From Phoronis australis (Eukaryota; Animalia; Phoronida), in assembly GCA_002633005.1 (NCBI GenBank), contig NMRA01000687.1, positions 140,502 through 204,501 of the forward strand: a DNA stretch of 64,000 bases. Reading direction: 5' to 3'. Within the stretch, counting starts at the first letter, position 1, and every line of letters starts with the position of its first letter. Below are positions 32,001 through 47,490 of this stretch, in pieces. Under the pieces are notes generated by a model, which saw only the letters and a list, made by a program, of their open reading frames with translations, made no database searches and had not been told where the DNA came from. The translations under genes were made by a program, and so were the position numbers.

Positions 32001-35000
32001 TTATTAACGTGGAATTAAATTAACGTCACAACGGTGCCTAATTCGTCACTTTAAAACTTTGAAAATGGCGTGTTTTAGTTCGCTTTTAAAGTTAAAACTA
32101 ATAAAAGGGTATTTTTCTTCAGGAATAATACACAACAAAGAAATAAACAAATGTTACTATTACAGCGGGAACTAACAATGAAACGATATAGCGGCGAAGA
32201 ATAAAGTGCTTACGATTAATAAAATTGCTGAAACGTGATGCAGTGCAAACCGGTGCAATAACTGTGGAAATAATTTTCCAATAACAAAATTTCTTTCCAT
32301 TCTATTAAAAAGAATGTAGCAGATACTACGTGGATTTCGTAGAAAGGTGTGACGTCAGTGGCCCATGTTACCACTAAATTTCTCTCACCTTTGATGTTGG
32401 AAGACGGTTGGATTGAGGAATCCGGCATGGTCATCAGGTCGATTACAACTAATCACCAACGTCCGTGTTACTACCAGATCTATGAAACGAAAATGGAAAT
32501 AAAATAGAGTTTCAAGAAAAATATTGCCAAATTATGCACTTCACAAAATGCATACAAAGACGTTACATTGCGTGAAAAAGCTTATTTAGAAAAAACTCAG
32601 ATTTCTGTTGAATTATTGCTAAAATGTCCTATCGATGCATAATTTTCACTAAACTATTTTAGTCAAATTCAAGATGTGGATATCCTGTGTTTTGAGTAGT
32701 CATCAAGGTCAATGCGCAAAAACAACAGATTGTCGAATGATTAAGAATATCAAGGGATCAGAGTGGCAGAGCTGTGTCATATTGCCATATATCACTGACA
32801 TAGCACAATGTCATAATTTAATATTTCTTTGTAAAGTCTAACCGAAAAGCTTTCACACTTTTGTTGACGAGAGAACGTCCGACTCGGAGTAAAAATCTTA
32901 ATCATGACAAATTTTGCCTTATTGTGTCCTCATTTACACAAGCCTACGTTCGGTGTGCCGAGATCAGTTGCGGGTAAATTATACACGTGAATAGGCGCTT
33001 AGAATAACACCTATTATATTTGACCGAGTTTAAATATTATTGAACTAATTCAATAAAAATCCCTGCACGAGAAATATTCGGACTAAAGGCACACACGGAA
33101 CGCCAAAACCGTTTACAACGTTTCTGTTCAGTGCTTAAATGTTTAAAGTTCTTTACTGAACATTTATGTCGATTCGGGAAACCCCAGTGAAGCATCGGTA
33201 AAACCAGACTGCCCCTTACGCTAGAGTAAAGCGAATGAAGGGACGACCTATCGCTTGAATGCATGCGTAGTCCAAGCGGAATGACCGCTCGTGCCATCAA
33301 CGTTCGATCATATACTCACTAGCAATACCCTGTCTAAGCCCCGCAATCCTTAAACTCCAGTGAAAACCGTTGTTAAAACTCCTTGCTCAAGACTCTGTAT
33401 TCGTGTGCGATTTTGCCGAGGCCACTACTGTACACTGACGTTCTTCCATGCACAGGCTAAACTGTAGTGAAACCCATGTGACGTATGCACTGAATCGGAC
33501 CAATAGGATTGATTAAGAGACAGTCAAGTCGAGAACACGGTCGCTCATGAATGGTGATTCGCGGTCTACTTACCAACTTAAAACACCAACACAAATCAGC
33601 TCTTTGCAATCATTAGATATCATTATCTCACGTTGTTTTAGGATTGTGAAAAATTAAGAGTTCGAAAACAGAATCGGTCTCGTCATGTTACCGACACAGT
33701 GAAAGGCAACCGCAGTCTATTCAAAAGATTCTGTCTATTGTTATGACTCAGATAATAGCGAACACTCAATAAATAATAAAGATATGTCGATGAATACACG
33801 AATACAAATTGAAAAGCCTGTGCGACATGGTTGCTTTCGTGAAGTTCTTCTTCACACGCTGGCGCTACACGTAGAGTTTGTATTATACAATGTGTGTGTT
33901 TAGAAGAGACGGCCTATGAAACCAGTTTACAAATTCCATATTCTTGTAGATTTAGTTGTTTACATCGTGTCAGTTGTACTCGTCAACACAAAACTGAATC
34001 AAACGACATCTATAATTCATGGTAACAAACTAGCTCACTTTACAGTTAGCATCGTTCAGAAACATCTTTGCCCTTAGAGTGTTTATGTTATGAATTATTG
34101 AAATCTGACTTTTAAAACTGTGGTCTACTAAATATCACATTTGATCACAAACACGATTAAATTTGATATAACAATACACGTGTAATTCACAACGGTTTAT
34201 ATAGGAGCCACGCATATTCAAATTATTGTGAGGCTAAAAATATTCACACGGTGCTCGTTTCCAATTCTTCCTATTTGTTTAAAGTACATATATTTCAGCT
34301 AAGCTCGTATATGGTAACTAGAGTCGTGAATATGAATTTAATTTTACTTGTAAAATGTTTGACTATGTACGATTCGTATTCAAACTTTACTTTCTGTTCA
34401 CGTAAGCCTAAACAGAGACTTAGGCATAGACACAAGTTTTGGCATAAGTCTATATTAGCAGTTTACGTTAAAACGTCGTAAAATGACAGCATTTTAGTGA
34501 AACAGTATTCTGGTACATTGTGTGACTCTGGAAACACTTTAAGTAGTCTTACAACCGTTTGTCGTTTTTACGCTTAAATCCTCGTGTTTACGTAGCGCGT
34601 TATGTGGTCGAAAAAGAAAACGGGGGTCAATGGGCCACAGGCAGATTTAAGCTTTAAATCGCTACACACTGACTCAACTTTTTGTGAACATGTCTTGTGT
34701 TTACGTTAGTACACTTTCAGGCACGCTGACGAGCACAAATCGGCTTAGTCGGTCCCCAGTCATTATTAGAGGAGCAACGCTGGTTGGGCATTGAGATGAG
34801 GATGCCTACCACTGTTGCCCCTCTTTAAAGTTAGCGGCATGCAATAGAGGGATTAGCAGCGGTTAACAAGCCTTTAACGACCTTCTGCTGAGACAGGGGC
34901 AGCTCTGGTGAGCGGAGCCAGATTAGAAGAGTTTCTCTTTTGTTAGGCAAGAGTAGCGTTTTCTATGGGCCCGTCTGCAGGCCCCACTCCTACTGTGACT

Positions 35001-35523
35001 AATAATGTGTACCGAGTACCCCTATTCACACCAGGTACTCCGGCAAATAATACACTCGGATGCACGTGGCTTGCCACAGCTATACCGTCATTCATGGCTT
35101 TTACATACACATTCAGAACGAGTTTAGCGCGAACCCAGGTCACTGCTGAACATCAAAAGCAAATTAAATGTTATCATATTAGTGTTGCTGGTTCGTTAAC
35201 AATTGACCAGGTTCAGCGTGTTTGGGCTTCTATATTCCACTCTAATAAGATATCAGGGAGCACCAACATTTAAGGACCAATGGTAATCGGATGTAATATT
35301 TTACGAATCATTAAATTCTCATGTAAACTTTGAAACTTGCGTTAGAAAGACGTGTGTGCTAATGGTGATTTTCTAATAAGAGACAGTTTAAAATGATTAG
35401 ACGTTATGTCCACCATCTACTTGCTGGAGGATTCTGGATAGGAGTCACCCGAGAGATACCAATGAGCCAAAAGAACTGACACCGGACGACCAAACTCCGG
35501 ACACGGGAATGGAGTTTGGCCAT

Positions 35524-35559
35524 GCGTGTGTGTGCGTGTGCGTGTGTGTGTGTGTGTGC
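35524..35559. repeat. (GT)n/(GC) microsatellite
   Basis: GCGTGTGTGTGCGTGTGCGTGTGTGTGTGTGTGTGC read directly. Confidence 0.95.
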
Positions 35560-38500
35560 AGGGCGCGGGCATGGAATTTGTACCGCAAGCTTGGTGTTGG
35601 TTGGTGCGGGACTGGGGTTTCTGAGATCGAAGATAGAACTTAAAGGTGCGGCCACGGATTCGTTTCCACAAGTCGAATTAATTTGTTTCCGTTAACTGCT
35701 TGTCGCATTTCCTTTAAAAGGAAAATTTCTTATATGCTGTCTAAATTTGCAAATCATTAACTACTGTAAGTTAATTAGCCATACGTAGTGTGTCAAACAT
35801 TTCATGCGGTGATAGAAAAGGAATTTTATCTCTAGACAGATCACACAAGGCACCACTGAGCACGTATGACAGACTGACAAAATTTCTCATGATGACTATT
35901 TTTGGGAACAGTTGTTAATTCTTCCCCATGTCTTCACAGAACACCGTCACGAAACAGCCCGCGAACAGCAATGTCCTTTATTGATACAAGAGTCCGCGGA
36001 TTCGTCCACCATCTTGAATATGTAATTAGGTAGAGTAAACAAATCGATTCACACTTGTTTCCTATGTAAGTGGATGGCGAGTAAGAGCTCTTCAAACTTT
36101 TATTTTTTCGAAGGACACCGACCACAACTCGAAACCGTGGACTCGTGTATTCTGACCCGGAAGTGATGTCAAATCACGTGATGCATTGTCTTTCCTCTGA
36201 CCAAGGGTGTCTCTGTATAGTTAGATTGCATCTGCAGCAATTTGCACTGGAAATTCATCTCTTGGAATAGGTCAGGTTTGGCGTCAGTTTTGAGTTATGC
36301 TTGACAAGTACGTTCACTGAATTTGGTTTGCTTTTGTGAGCATGTCGGAAATTAGAAAAGTTCACGATTTCGGTTGTAGATACACTTTTCTTCAAAATTC
36401 AAAATGGGGGCTCCCTTTAGAAATATTTCGTTGCCGCTGAGCAACTGAGGAATTTGCAGCAATTTCAGCGGGTAAACCCAAAAACAACCCAGAATTGCAA
36501 AAAAAACTCATCGCATGCAGCTATTTTTGCTCACACTTGTGGAATCTGTATTGAATTTGCTTTCAGAATTTAGTGTTGCATTGTGTAGGGAAATAGCTGC
36601 AAAGTGATGGCTTGGGAGTGAAAAGTGTCAATTTTGTGCTTTTTGACACATTTTTTCGGAGCCTAGCTCCCTTTTTTCGGTAGAAGTGAAACGGACAAAA
36701 TATGAGGCAGGATAAAGTTTCTGTGGTCATGTGGCAGCGCTTTTGAGGAGAAATGAGTCGCAACTTTTTATTTTGTTCATAGAGTTTTCGACAGTGTAAG
36801 AAAGGCGGCAAGTCCAGTGAGTTGTCTACCGCAAGCCCATTGAGAACTGTTCAGTGCCTCCAAAAACTACACCATAGGATTATGGGTAACACAAGCAGTT
36901 GGTCACGTGATATTTATGAGGTCGTGCTTTTATAAACACGGCATCAAAACATTGATTGTTTACGTTTCATTAGTTCACTAATTTGGGGAATTGTTTGAAT
37001 TTTGTTACGTGTATTACTTGTAGAGTAAAATCAAGAGGAAGACGTTGCATAGGCACAAAACATCTAAATTGAAGTCATTAATAATCTTTATAAGGACTCC
37101 AGTCCTTATGACCTTGCAAGAGCTGCGAAAAAGCTGAAACGGTTATCGACGCAAGTCGTTAGACCTTTATTAAAAAGAAAGAAAGCAAGAATAAAATGCG
37201 AGTTGCACGTTTTGCACACAAAACATTGCTCGCGAGCACGTATATTCGGTTTTGCTGCACTTATACAGCGAGTGTGTGTGGCAGTCTTGCAGTCCTCGGC
37301 CCAACGTACATATTACAATAAATGTTCTCGCCGACTTTCTAAATGCCCCCCAAACCACAACAAATTGTTGACCAGCGTGCTACTTGTTTGGCGGCCGTCA
37401 ATTACAGGTTTGAATGAATACGTATACAAGAAGTGACCATTGGGCAAACGAGTTTAATGCAGAGTAAATTACGCGTGAAAATCTCAACTATATACTGCGT
37501 TAAATTAGGGATATATTATAAGCTGGCAATTCAGTCCGTTAATTAAGGGGAGCCCGTGACAGACAACGTTAGCCAAGCATTGCGACGAACTTTCAAAACG
37601 AGATATCCTACGTGTTTTGTAAAGCAGTAATTTTCTGCGCATTGTCCTCGGCGGCGCTATGTCGCCCTGCCCAGTGGCGACCCTTTTGCTTGTGGGTTAC
37701 GAGTCTTCCTAGAAAAAAGACCTGTCGTGATAACGAACATGAGCGGACGGCTGTATCTAGTGAAACTAAAGTAGCTGCAGAGGGTATGGACAAAAAGTGT
37801 CACGAGAATAAGTGCCTGTTTCTATTTTTTTATGTAAATTCCGTGCGACATTTTCAATTTTCGAAATTTGTCCTAGCACCATCCAGACGATTACCCAACT
37901 AAATCTAGAATTACTTTTTACAATGGCGAGTTATCATTGTTGTTATTTATGAGCTAAAACTGTGTAACGAGACTGGTTTATTTACTATTTGCTATTAGTA
38001 AGTATTTCCTATGACAGGTTGCCAGATTCAGACTTTTTAACGTAAATAAGATATTAAAAAACACACTGCCTCGGCAGTTTGCAGAGCAAGCGTTAACTAA
38101 AGGTAAATTGCCAATTCTGTTGGAGCCCCTTGTACAATGGCCTAATTAACATATATTTGTCAAGTTTCATTCTTCAAATCAGAAAGCAGACGATGAAAAC
38201 ACACGTGACCAATTATAAGATTGTTTTGACGTTGCTTGGAGCAATCACGATTTTTATGCCAGTGCATCTAGAGAAATCGTATCTCAAAACAAAATAGCTT
38301 TTCCCTGTCACACGAGGAAGACGAACGCAAATGATGTGGCTGTTCCAGTTTACGACAGTTTTATTCGATAACGACCGATGAATATCATGTATTGTGAGTT
38401 TCCAGTGACTTCTGCAGACGACATCGAAAATGGAAAATTTGCAGTGAATTATCCACATATCGTAAATCAGACAAGCACGGTATGAGACTAAAATGAGCTC

Positions 38501-41500
38501 GCGCGTGTGCGGGTGGCTCAATTTCTTTTCTGACACTACTCTGCCGTAACATGTTAATTAGCAATTATAAAAATCATCAAATTCGCTATTCCATTGCGTG
38601 GAACTGAACTAGTAGAGAAAATAATATCAACCAAAACTATTTCAATATTATCAACCGTCATCAGCATATTGTAAGGTGCAATCTTATGAAAACATGACCA
38701 TGAAACTATGGCCATTTCTTGTTTCAGGAACTGCATGTTTCTAGTACTATTCCATACCTAGTTTGAGGTCTAGTTTTGAGCGAGATTCCTAGAATCTGAT
38801 CGTAACGAAAAGGGACTCACGCCAATCGTAACTTTACACAGGTTGTTATTAACACCAACGTACATGTATATAAGTCCATGTTATTAGTAAGCAATATTTG
38901 ATGTTCTCTCGAGTAATAACAAGCAACTAGTCTAATTAATTCAGTGTTTCTGTACACATGTAAATATACTTACCGCTCCGGTATGTGTGCGAATTATCAA
39001 ATTTATGGTGAAATAGTCTCCGCCCTAAACATTTACAAAATTACTACCGACCAAGATCAAAAGATGATTTTCTTGCCCCACTTCATACGAGTGTTTATTT
39101 AACTAACTCGAAACATGCCTTCGCCAGACCAAAGCCTGATTACCGACAACTGCTAGCCAATTAACGAATCAGGCTAGGTTTGCAAAAAAGCAACATAACG
39201 AATCCATCATCGCCACTTTGCCATCGTGTCTGGCTACTCCACTTGAGGCATCGGACAGAGTTAGAGCTCCGTAGGCCGAGATCAGGAAAACATGTTGTTT
39301 TAATAATAAAAATATGAGAAGAAAAACCTGACCCCCAACAATGCCCAATTTTGAACACGGGACAGGTTGATGGCGATTCTAAAGAGGTATCGAGTTATGT
39401 GTAGTTTAATTACATACTCTTGAATAGTCTAATCAGTGAAAGCAAACAAGCATTGTTCATTGGTATGACGAAGCGTAACTAACTTCTTGACATCGGTATG
39501 TTTATTTTCTCGTGATTTTGGGGAGAAAAGCTTCTGCTGCACGTGACGTGTAATTTATTGGAACGGCTGTGATATCAACGTCGTATTCGGCAACAAAAAT
39601 CAATTAAAATATGCACAGAGTATAATATTGATATATCATTCACCATGAAAAATGCAGGTGATATGTATGAGTACACGCGGCCTTGCAGTTTTCACCCATA
39701 GAAAATGTTAAAACGATGGACATGCATTGTGGGAAATACAAAAGACAGGCTTCAGTTGCCTGTTTCTTATACACCAGATCGCTGGACTGAGGATGTTGCG
39801 TTATCCGTGCACATGTACTTTCATAAAACTAAGAATATTGTAATATATTGACCTTTTGACGTTTTCACGACGCATCCCTCTGGTGTGAACTTTTGGAACT
39901 AAGTTATTGATGAAACCCGCTCGACCATTCGTGCTCGTATTGTTTGGCTCCACATACCAGGTCATTCTTCGCGCGGTTAATTCAGCGTCTGGTTCAACCA
40001 TTGTTACGAAGGATTATTGTTTGCATCCTGCGACTTTATGCTCCAAACACGTCATTTTGCCTCTGGAGTTGTCCTCCTGTTTTCGTTCGTCTTGACCTTA
40101 GGTGGATGACCTTAGCGCGTGCTAATTTGCATGTCTTGTCACTTTCCGAATAAGACTAACGTAAACAAGGGCGAATATAGAAATTCCGTTGTCCGACTTA
40201 CGGTCGCAAGGTTCAAGCTTGGCCCGAGGGTGTTAGATTAAGCTTTGAGGGGTACAAAATAAACAGACTTAAACAGATATAGCTTTAGGGCAGGGACACG
40301 GTCCGCAGCTCTCAAAAAGTTACTCGGAAACATAATGGCTTCAATTGTTTAATTTGCTTATCGTGATGAAAAAGAATGCCAGAAATTAACCATGAATGAA
40401 AAATGAAATACCTGGCAATCTGATAGAACTATGTACGTTGCACATATGTGCTAAGAAACAGGAAAGGGAAAGGCGTACTCATGTCATCAAATTGCGTTTT
40501 ACCGCAATCCCCATGGGACCGACATGGTTACAACATGACAGTATTCAACACTCACAGCATCGCCCACAGGGTACGAGGCTACTTCACATTAAAAAAGCTG
40601 AACTCATTTGAACTCTTTGCAGAGGTTATCACCCTCTCAACCCCGGGGTGTAATGACTAAGTGAATCAATTAACACAATTTCTGTAATAGCTATTGTGTA
40701 ATGAAATGTCACTGACGTCCCTGTGATTTTGTTACAATCACAGACCCGCTTGTTTCGGGGTTGTCATTATTGTTTCGATCACTAATGTTGAGATTACATT
40801 ACATCGTTCTTTTTTCTATCAGTAACTATTACTGAAGCACAGATTGCAACACGAGATATCATACTATAACAGTGCAACGTAACTTGTCCGTGCCTCTTAG
40901 GATTCAGCATAATTCAGTGAATTCGAGATGCGTCATTTTTTCAACTGCGTTGGAGCTAGGCAGATTAGAGAAATGTCGAGTGAAGTATTTTCATAAATCT
41001 CCGCCACAAATGAAGATTGTTGAAAAACAACCACTGACGAGTTGTGTCCACGCGTCTAAATGTATTCAAATTCTACGGTTTATAAGGTGAACTTCTGCAT
41101 TTCAAGAAGGCTGTCAGCTGAAGGATAGCCAACGTGCTGAGTGTTATGGTGTGAAATTCGAAATCTAATTTTCACCACGCCGACGATAGTCAAGTCATAA
41201 CTTTTCTTTACCAAGTCGATATTATGCTTTGCCGTGGATTAGTGTATACCGAAGCCAAGGGCAATGTTTTGTAGTTGACACATATATCGATCTGCCCAAG
41301 TCAATCAGGTACTAGATCATCGACTACTGACCCATTTCGTCACTGGAGAGTGACTGGACGAAATCGATTTTCGACATTGCCCTGAACAATTGAACAGGGG
41401 AAAAAATGGGCTTTGTGGGGATAATTCGGCGAGACTTTAAATTGGCAACGCACCATATTTATTTAGGAATTTAGCTGCGCGTCTTACATAATTGATACTG

Positions 41501-44169
41501 ATCAAACATGTGTTATCGACTCGTTGAGTCTGAAACTAAAAAATGGTTGATGCGTCACTCCATTAATTGTATACGTTGCAACGTTGCATCAGTTTTTAAT
41601 GCAAATGCGAAGTTCTAAGGCACTTGTCAATACGTTTCAAAAGACATTTTCTGTCACGGCAAAGCTGAAGCATTCATTTGACGCATTACTAATTTCAGAA
41701 TCGAATTAATATGTCTAATTTCTGTTGGAAGTCTCGTCATTCGGATATCGTTTAATCAAACATTCCCTTGGGAATCCAAGTCGATCAATAGAAAGAAATT
41801 GAAAGTGGTCACGGCACAAACAGAAACTAAATTAAACGAATTTGGAATACCACGCACCTGTTTCAGAAATGAGTCACGTAATTATTAAGTCAGTTGCTAA
41901 AAGGTCCCATTTTCGGAAGTTGGTGCCGTGTTAACTTAGGAAAATGTTCGGAAATTGTTAAGGCCAGTATCCCAGGTTTCAAACTTATAAAAATTTCATT
42001 ACGTCAGAGCCGTTTATATAACTGTTGGATTCCACCATTGACCGTAGTTCTAGATTTGCTGTCGTTTTTCATGATTGACACGCTGATAGCGCAAAACCAC
42101 GCCCAGACAATTAAACTCCGACATTTTATCATTGTTTAAACATTCAGACCATTTAAATAATAAACATTTTGCGGGGTTTTGACAGAGGTGGCCCGAGGGT
42201 GATCTCAAATTCAGCCCGTCTGCGGGAGAACTCAGTGGGTTTCCAGTCGTTAATTAATTGAGTATGGCGTTAACCAGCAACTTAACTTTCATGTTTTATG
42301 TTACACGATTTGTGAGAATGTGCGGTTAGTTCAAGACTCTCGGGTATTCTCTATCGCCCGGTGCGGCCAATTTTAAACAATTTTCTCAGCAGGCCAGTTT
42401 AGAACCCAACAGCGCTGATAGCGGTAGAGTTCGTTTGCGACTAAAAATAGCAAATTTTCAGACTTCATTGTTTGTTTATTTTCCAATAAGCTTTTAAGTT
42501 ATGAAGAAACAAATACGTCGTTTTCGTTAAAAGTCTCCCTGCGATTCTGTAACAAAATAGTCGTGGTACGGACTTGGCGTTTTTGACGTTTTACAGCTGC
42601 AACCTCTATCATAAAACACAGGTCAGTTTACAGGGTAAATTTCAAAATTCGGTGGTTTCTTAAAGTTACGCATATACCACAAAAACCTATTACCCCGTGG
42701 TTATTCGCAATTCGGGTTTTCCATCAATTGATTTTGAAAAAACATCGCTAAATATTTTTGCATGTATATAATTTGCAAACGTCTGTCAGCATTAGTAACT
42801 GCGACATTTTTATGCTTGCCACGCAATTTATTTTCAAAAATGACTTTTGACAATGTAAATTCAAATCATTACAAATATGTAAATGATAGTTTGGAACATC
42901 AACTCTCATTTACATAATTCATTGCATTATTTGGGATTAAGTGTTTAGCAAATAAAGCATTTCAAATATTTTAAATGTTTAGCTGAACAAATTACAATTG
43001 AAATCGCTGATGATAATATCTATGCATAAAAGTTAGAATAAATTTGTTTAAAATCTTTCTGACAATCAGATGGAAAAAGATACATTTTCCATGAATTAGA
43101 GTCGCAATTCCAAGTTTTGAACCTAGAGAATTTTTTCATAATATAAAAAGTTGAGCCATTCATTGTAAGAAGTTTTTATTATCCTGCTATATAATGCAAG
43201 AAAGGTTTACGATCACGAGAAATGGGTTCACTTAGCGGTCAAACATACTTAGAATAATTTGCAGTCTATCTAAAAAGGCTAACTGTTATTGTCACAGCGC
43301 AGTTCGACACGCAGAGGCAATCGTGCTAATTTGTCGATGTTAAATTGTCCCACAGGTAGCAGTTATGGATGAACATGTTACGGTCTTGGCGCATAATTCC
43401 TATGAAAATTGGAAAAATTTCGGGATTCAACCATGCACATATACGTATCTGCGGGAACACTTCCCGATATACACCCCCCCCCCCCCCNCTCAGCGTATCT
43501 AAAGATGAGCCCGTCTGCAATCAAATCCTGTACTTAGGCCTGAATTGCTCATATCTGAAAGTCTCGTTTGAAAATTGTAATGAACTTCAAGACGTCCGCG
43601 TGTTCGTCCTACGTATGTTCCTAAGGCGACAAGTTGTGACAATCTTGCAGGCGTTGTTTAGATGATAATACGTAATAACTTCTTTTGAATCATAATTAGC
43701 TCTTGATGATGTCATGAATAATTTGAACGAATCACCAGTATAACCTCAGAATTTCTTCCAAAGTAATTTCGCGCCACGTTTTCAAGCGAAAGAGATTTAT
43801 ATCCTCTCAAGTTTAGTTTCGGGGCGTTGTCACAATGCTTGAGTTCTGTTACAGTGTTGGACGCAGGTGTATATTCAGTTCAACTTTTCGTAGTTCGCCA
43901 TAAAGTTCCCCAAATTATGACCTTTTTAATATCAGCTTGCCAAAAATGTATTCGGGGTGGGGGAAATCAATGATATCTTGCTCGAAACAGCCGTGAGCAA
44001 ATTCCAATATAGAACGGTCAAATAATTCCCAAGAAATTGTCGAAAACAAATAAGTCACATTTACGCAACGACATACATGGTTGATTGACATAACAAAAGC
44101 AAGCTTGAAGGTATTTTAGGACCATATTTTCCTATCAACTAAACACTCCCAGTGATTTGCATAATTGAT

Positions 44170-44465
44170 TTAAAGCGACATCAAATCCATGCTTTCTGTC
44201 AAGAAGCCAAGTTTTGATTTAGGTCACTTACTGTTTTAAAAAATGATCTTTTGTAGTTGCTCACACAATTTAGAAGTGACCTCTGTGCCCAGGAAGAACC
44301 GGAAGCTCGTTATTTATTTTTTAAGAAATAACGGACTATCAGTTCTTTATGAGCTCAGAGATCACCTCCAAACTTCATAAGGAACAAGGCAAAACCTAGT
44401 AACTAACGGCAAGTGACCTAATTAAAAATTTGGTTGGTTGACAGAAACACCGGTTTGATGACACG
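44170..44465. mobile_element. MITE family B copy
   Basis: Inverted arms TTTCTGTCAAGAAGCCAAGTTTTGATTTAGGTCACTT / AAGTGACCTAATTAAAAATTTGGTTGGTTGACAGAAA. Internal AAGAAATAAC..GAGCTCAGAGATCAC is shared with 1651-1696. Confidence 0.7.
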
Positions 44466-46275
44466 ACCACCGTGTCGTCGCCTGTTACCGCGCTGGCTAA
44501 AGAAAGTGATTGACACGCATCTCTTTCAAAAATATTCCAACGAAAACGGCCACAGCAACCATTACGAATTTATGATGCAAACCACAAGTGTGCAGTGAAT
44601 TCGAACTGGAATGATAAAAATCCATACCTGAATCGAATGCAGGTTGAAAACGTGTCTGAAGTGAACCCTTGTCTCGTATTCAGCTGTTGAATCGAGCTTT
44701 ATTAGACAGAGTGCGTAGAAATCAATTTCCAACCCCTTTTACTTTGGCTTTTTGCAAAACTTTAATGGTTTGACCTAAAATAAACAGTGTATTCTCCTAC
44801 GTGTGTATGTATAGATTAGCCGTATTGTGTGTCATATACACGTCTAAAGGATTTCTATAGCGAGCACAACAATAGCGGAAAAAATGGCAGAGCCACTTGG
44901 TACATACCCGAGCGTGCTGCTACCTGACGGGGAAATATGCACCTACCAGGTAAGAAAAAGTGATTTGTTGTCACTGGTAAATGATGACATAAAAGAGGAG
45001 TGGTTCACAATAATATACTTGACGACACGAAATGCCACGTTTGGTTTCATTACTCGTTATGAAACAACAAAATTATTTTTTTGTTAAGTTGACTGAACCT
45101 TTGAAACGTTTTTGTGCACACAAGGAACTAACATTTGGTAAAGACTAACATTTTATTTAGGACAAGTAGCCCTAAAAATTTGATTTTAATTTATTCTTTA
45201 CTCGGGTTGGAGGCGATTTCCTTGAGAAGTTAAGGTAATTCTTCAGTCATTCCACACAAAAATATTTTTGACAAAACTTGGAAAATTTTCTCTATTTTCA
45301 AATGTTGATTACTTTACTGCAAATCACGGAAACTTTGCCAAACGTTGGTTTATGACGTCAACACAGTACAAGATAATATTTGACAGACATTTCCGCAATC
45401 CTTGCTTTCGTTGCGAAATTTCTAGTTTGACAAAATAAAATTTCCCTTGTCTGCTAAGTAAGCGGAAAATTACCGTGGCTCATTTGCCACAGCGGGTAAG
45501 TTAATGCACCCAACATCGTATCAAGCAGTACTAACATAGAAATCATTCCTAAGATGAGTAATGAACATTTTGTTCTAGCAGAAAACTGTCAAAACCAAAA
45601 GCCCGTTTTTGAGGTCTAAGCCATGTTTATAGCTACTCTAAGTGTAGCCCCAATCAAAAGACTAAACGTTTTCAACTACCATGTTATTTAATAAGTGCAC
45701 ATGTTCTTGACTACGGGCATATTGTGTAGAAAGCATTTTTGTATTGTTACTGTCTTTATAACGAACATATCAATGTCACAGCCACCCGTATTCATACCAC
45801 GTTATAGCTGGGTGCGGATCACCTTCACTGGTTCAGTCTCATTTTTAAAAGTACAACCTCGGTCACAGCTTCTGGACGCGCATAGTAAAACAGTTTCAGT
45901 ATAAACACTATGTGAACTTCTGTTATTTCTATTATAAATATATATAAAAATATAAGTGCCAACATTTTCTAGGACTCTGTGTTACACAGAGGCTATTTAT
46001 ATTGTAACATCTTTACTCTAACAAGTGACTGTATGTAAAATAAAACAACGTTTGACGCTGAAGAAGAGCAGCTGTGGCATCGAAAGCTTGTGCTTTTCAA
46101 ACTATACAGGTGTAATGCCGACTTGTGTTTTGCAGTATTTTGCAATTATTTTATTACCTCAGCTTTTGTTTTTGTGATCTTACCATGAATGTAAATTGGA
46201 GTTCGTTTACCCAACAACTTTCTCTGTTCTCTTAAAGGGACATTGTTGGCGACAAAAGTGCATTTTATCGCAGCC

Positions 46276-46470
46276 TATACACCTTATTCATGCTGTCACC
46301 ATTTTAAAAGAGAGCCTCTTTTTAAAAACAACGCATTTTGCGCTTAATCGCAGCACAAAGCATATTTTTTGGTGTGTCTCATTTTATTTATGTCTCAAAT
46401 GCGTTGTTTTTTTTTTAAACCTAAAAAGAGACTCATTACTAAAATGGCGACTGCGTGAATAAGGTGTATA
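46276..46470. mobile_element. TA-flanked MITE (Tc1/mariner-like)
   Basis: TIRs TATACACCTTATTCATGCTGTCACCATTTT / AAAATGGCGACTGCGTGAATAAGGTGTATA. Confidence 0.8.
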
Positions 46471-47201
46471 GCAAAATCTCACTCCGGTGATAACTGGCCA
46501 AGTATTTCAAGCGTATTTCATTTGTGAAGTCATCGTCCGTGATTGTCGCGAATATTAGGCATGCAGCGGCAAGAATTGGCGATATGAAATAAAATCACAA
46601 TATCACAGCGGATTGTATTTTTTTATAGCTCAGGGGTCTGTTTCCTGAAAAATGACTTCAGATCGAAATTTTGTCTGCCGTCCCAACCTCGCAGTCGCTG
46701 AATGAAGTTCTAGCCAAGTCATTAGCAACGCATCACACTCTAGAAATAAATAATGAAATTGTCACAACAACTAGAAGTTATTTGCACATGATTCTCAGAG
46801 GCTTTGCATTTTTGCTCAAATGAAATTTAACACATTTCTTCAGAAATAGTTGTTTGGAGGGTAATACCAAATTTTTACGTAAGTCTTAAGTCGTCTTTCA
46901 CGGAATAGACACCTACTTTAGAATCCTAGGTTTACCCTGTCCAATCAGCCGTAAAACAGTGTCCCTTTCACCGACCCAATTAGAGTGCTGCATACTCTTT
47001 CCTGTGTTTTCAAAATAAAATTAGACTCATCATCAAATGAAGTATTTAACTAAATTAGGAATAGTTTTCCTAAATTACTACCTTCATGTTTTTTGTGTTT
47101 TGCTACCGTTTTTTTAACTTCAAGAAAAGTGTTTTTTTTTCGGTTGTGGTGTTCATTTTAACTGGTACACCACCACAAATTAAAAAAAATTAAAGTTTGT
47201 T

Positions 47202-47490
47202 CTCGTCCTGTTTAACTGGTCAGAAAAAAATGAATTAGCCCCTCTACTCTTATAAATATAGGTCTCGTTATATTCCTTACCGTGATAGGATTCTATTTCC
47301 GAAATCCCAAACACTGTGTTCATGCGACATTTTCGAATTTGAAATAAACTCTGAAGCGTTTTCTTGTGTCGCCAATGGTTTCAATGTTGTCATTGGTAGC
47401 GGAAATAAAATCCTATCACCGTAGCGAATATTATGAGACCAAGTTTATGAGAGTGAAAACTAATTCGATTTTATTTTTTAACCAGCTAAA
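47202..47490. mobile_element. Palindromic MITE family A, best-preserved copy
   Basis: Inverted arms of ~110 bp: TTTAACTGG...GGTCTCGTTATATTCCTTACCGTGATAGGATTCTATTTCCG / CGGAAATAAAATCCTATCACCGTAGCGAATATTATGAGACC...CCAGCTAAA. Confidence 0.8.

Noticed and set aside
35404-35671. ORFs with HT/TH repeats
   Set aside because: Artefacts of the GT microsatellite.
43473-43490. Poly-C tract containing an N at 43488
   Set aside because: Assembly ambiguity in a homopolymer.
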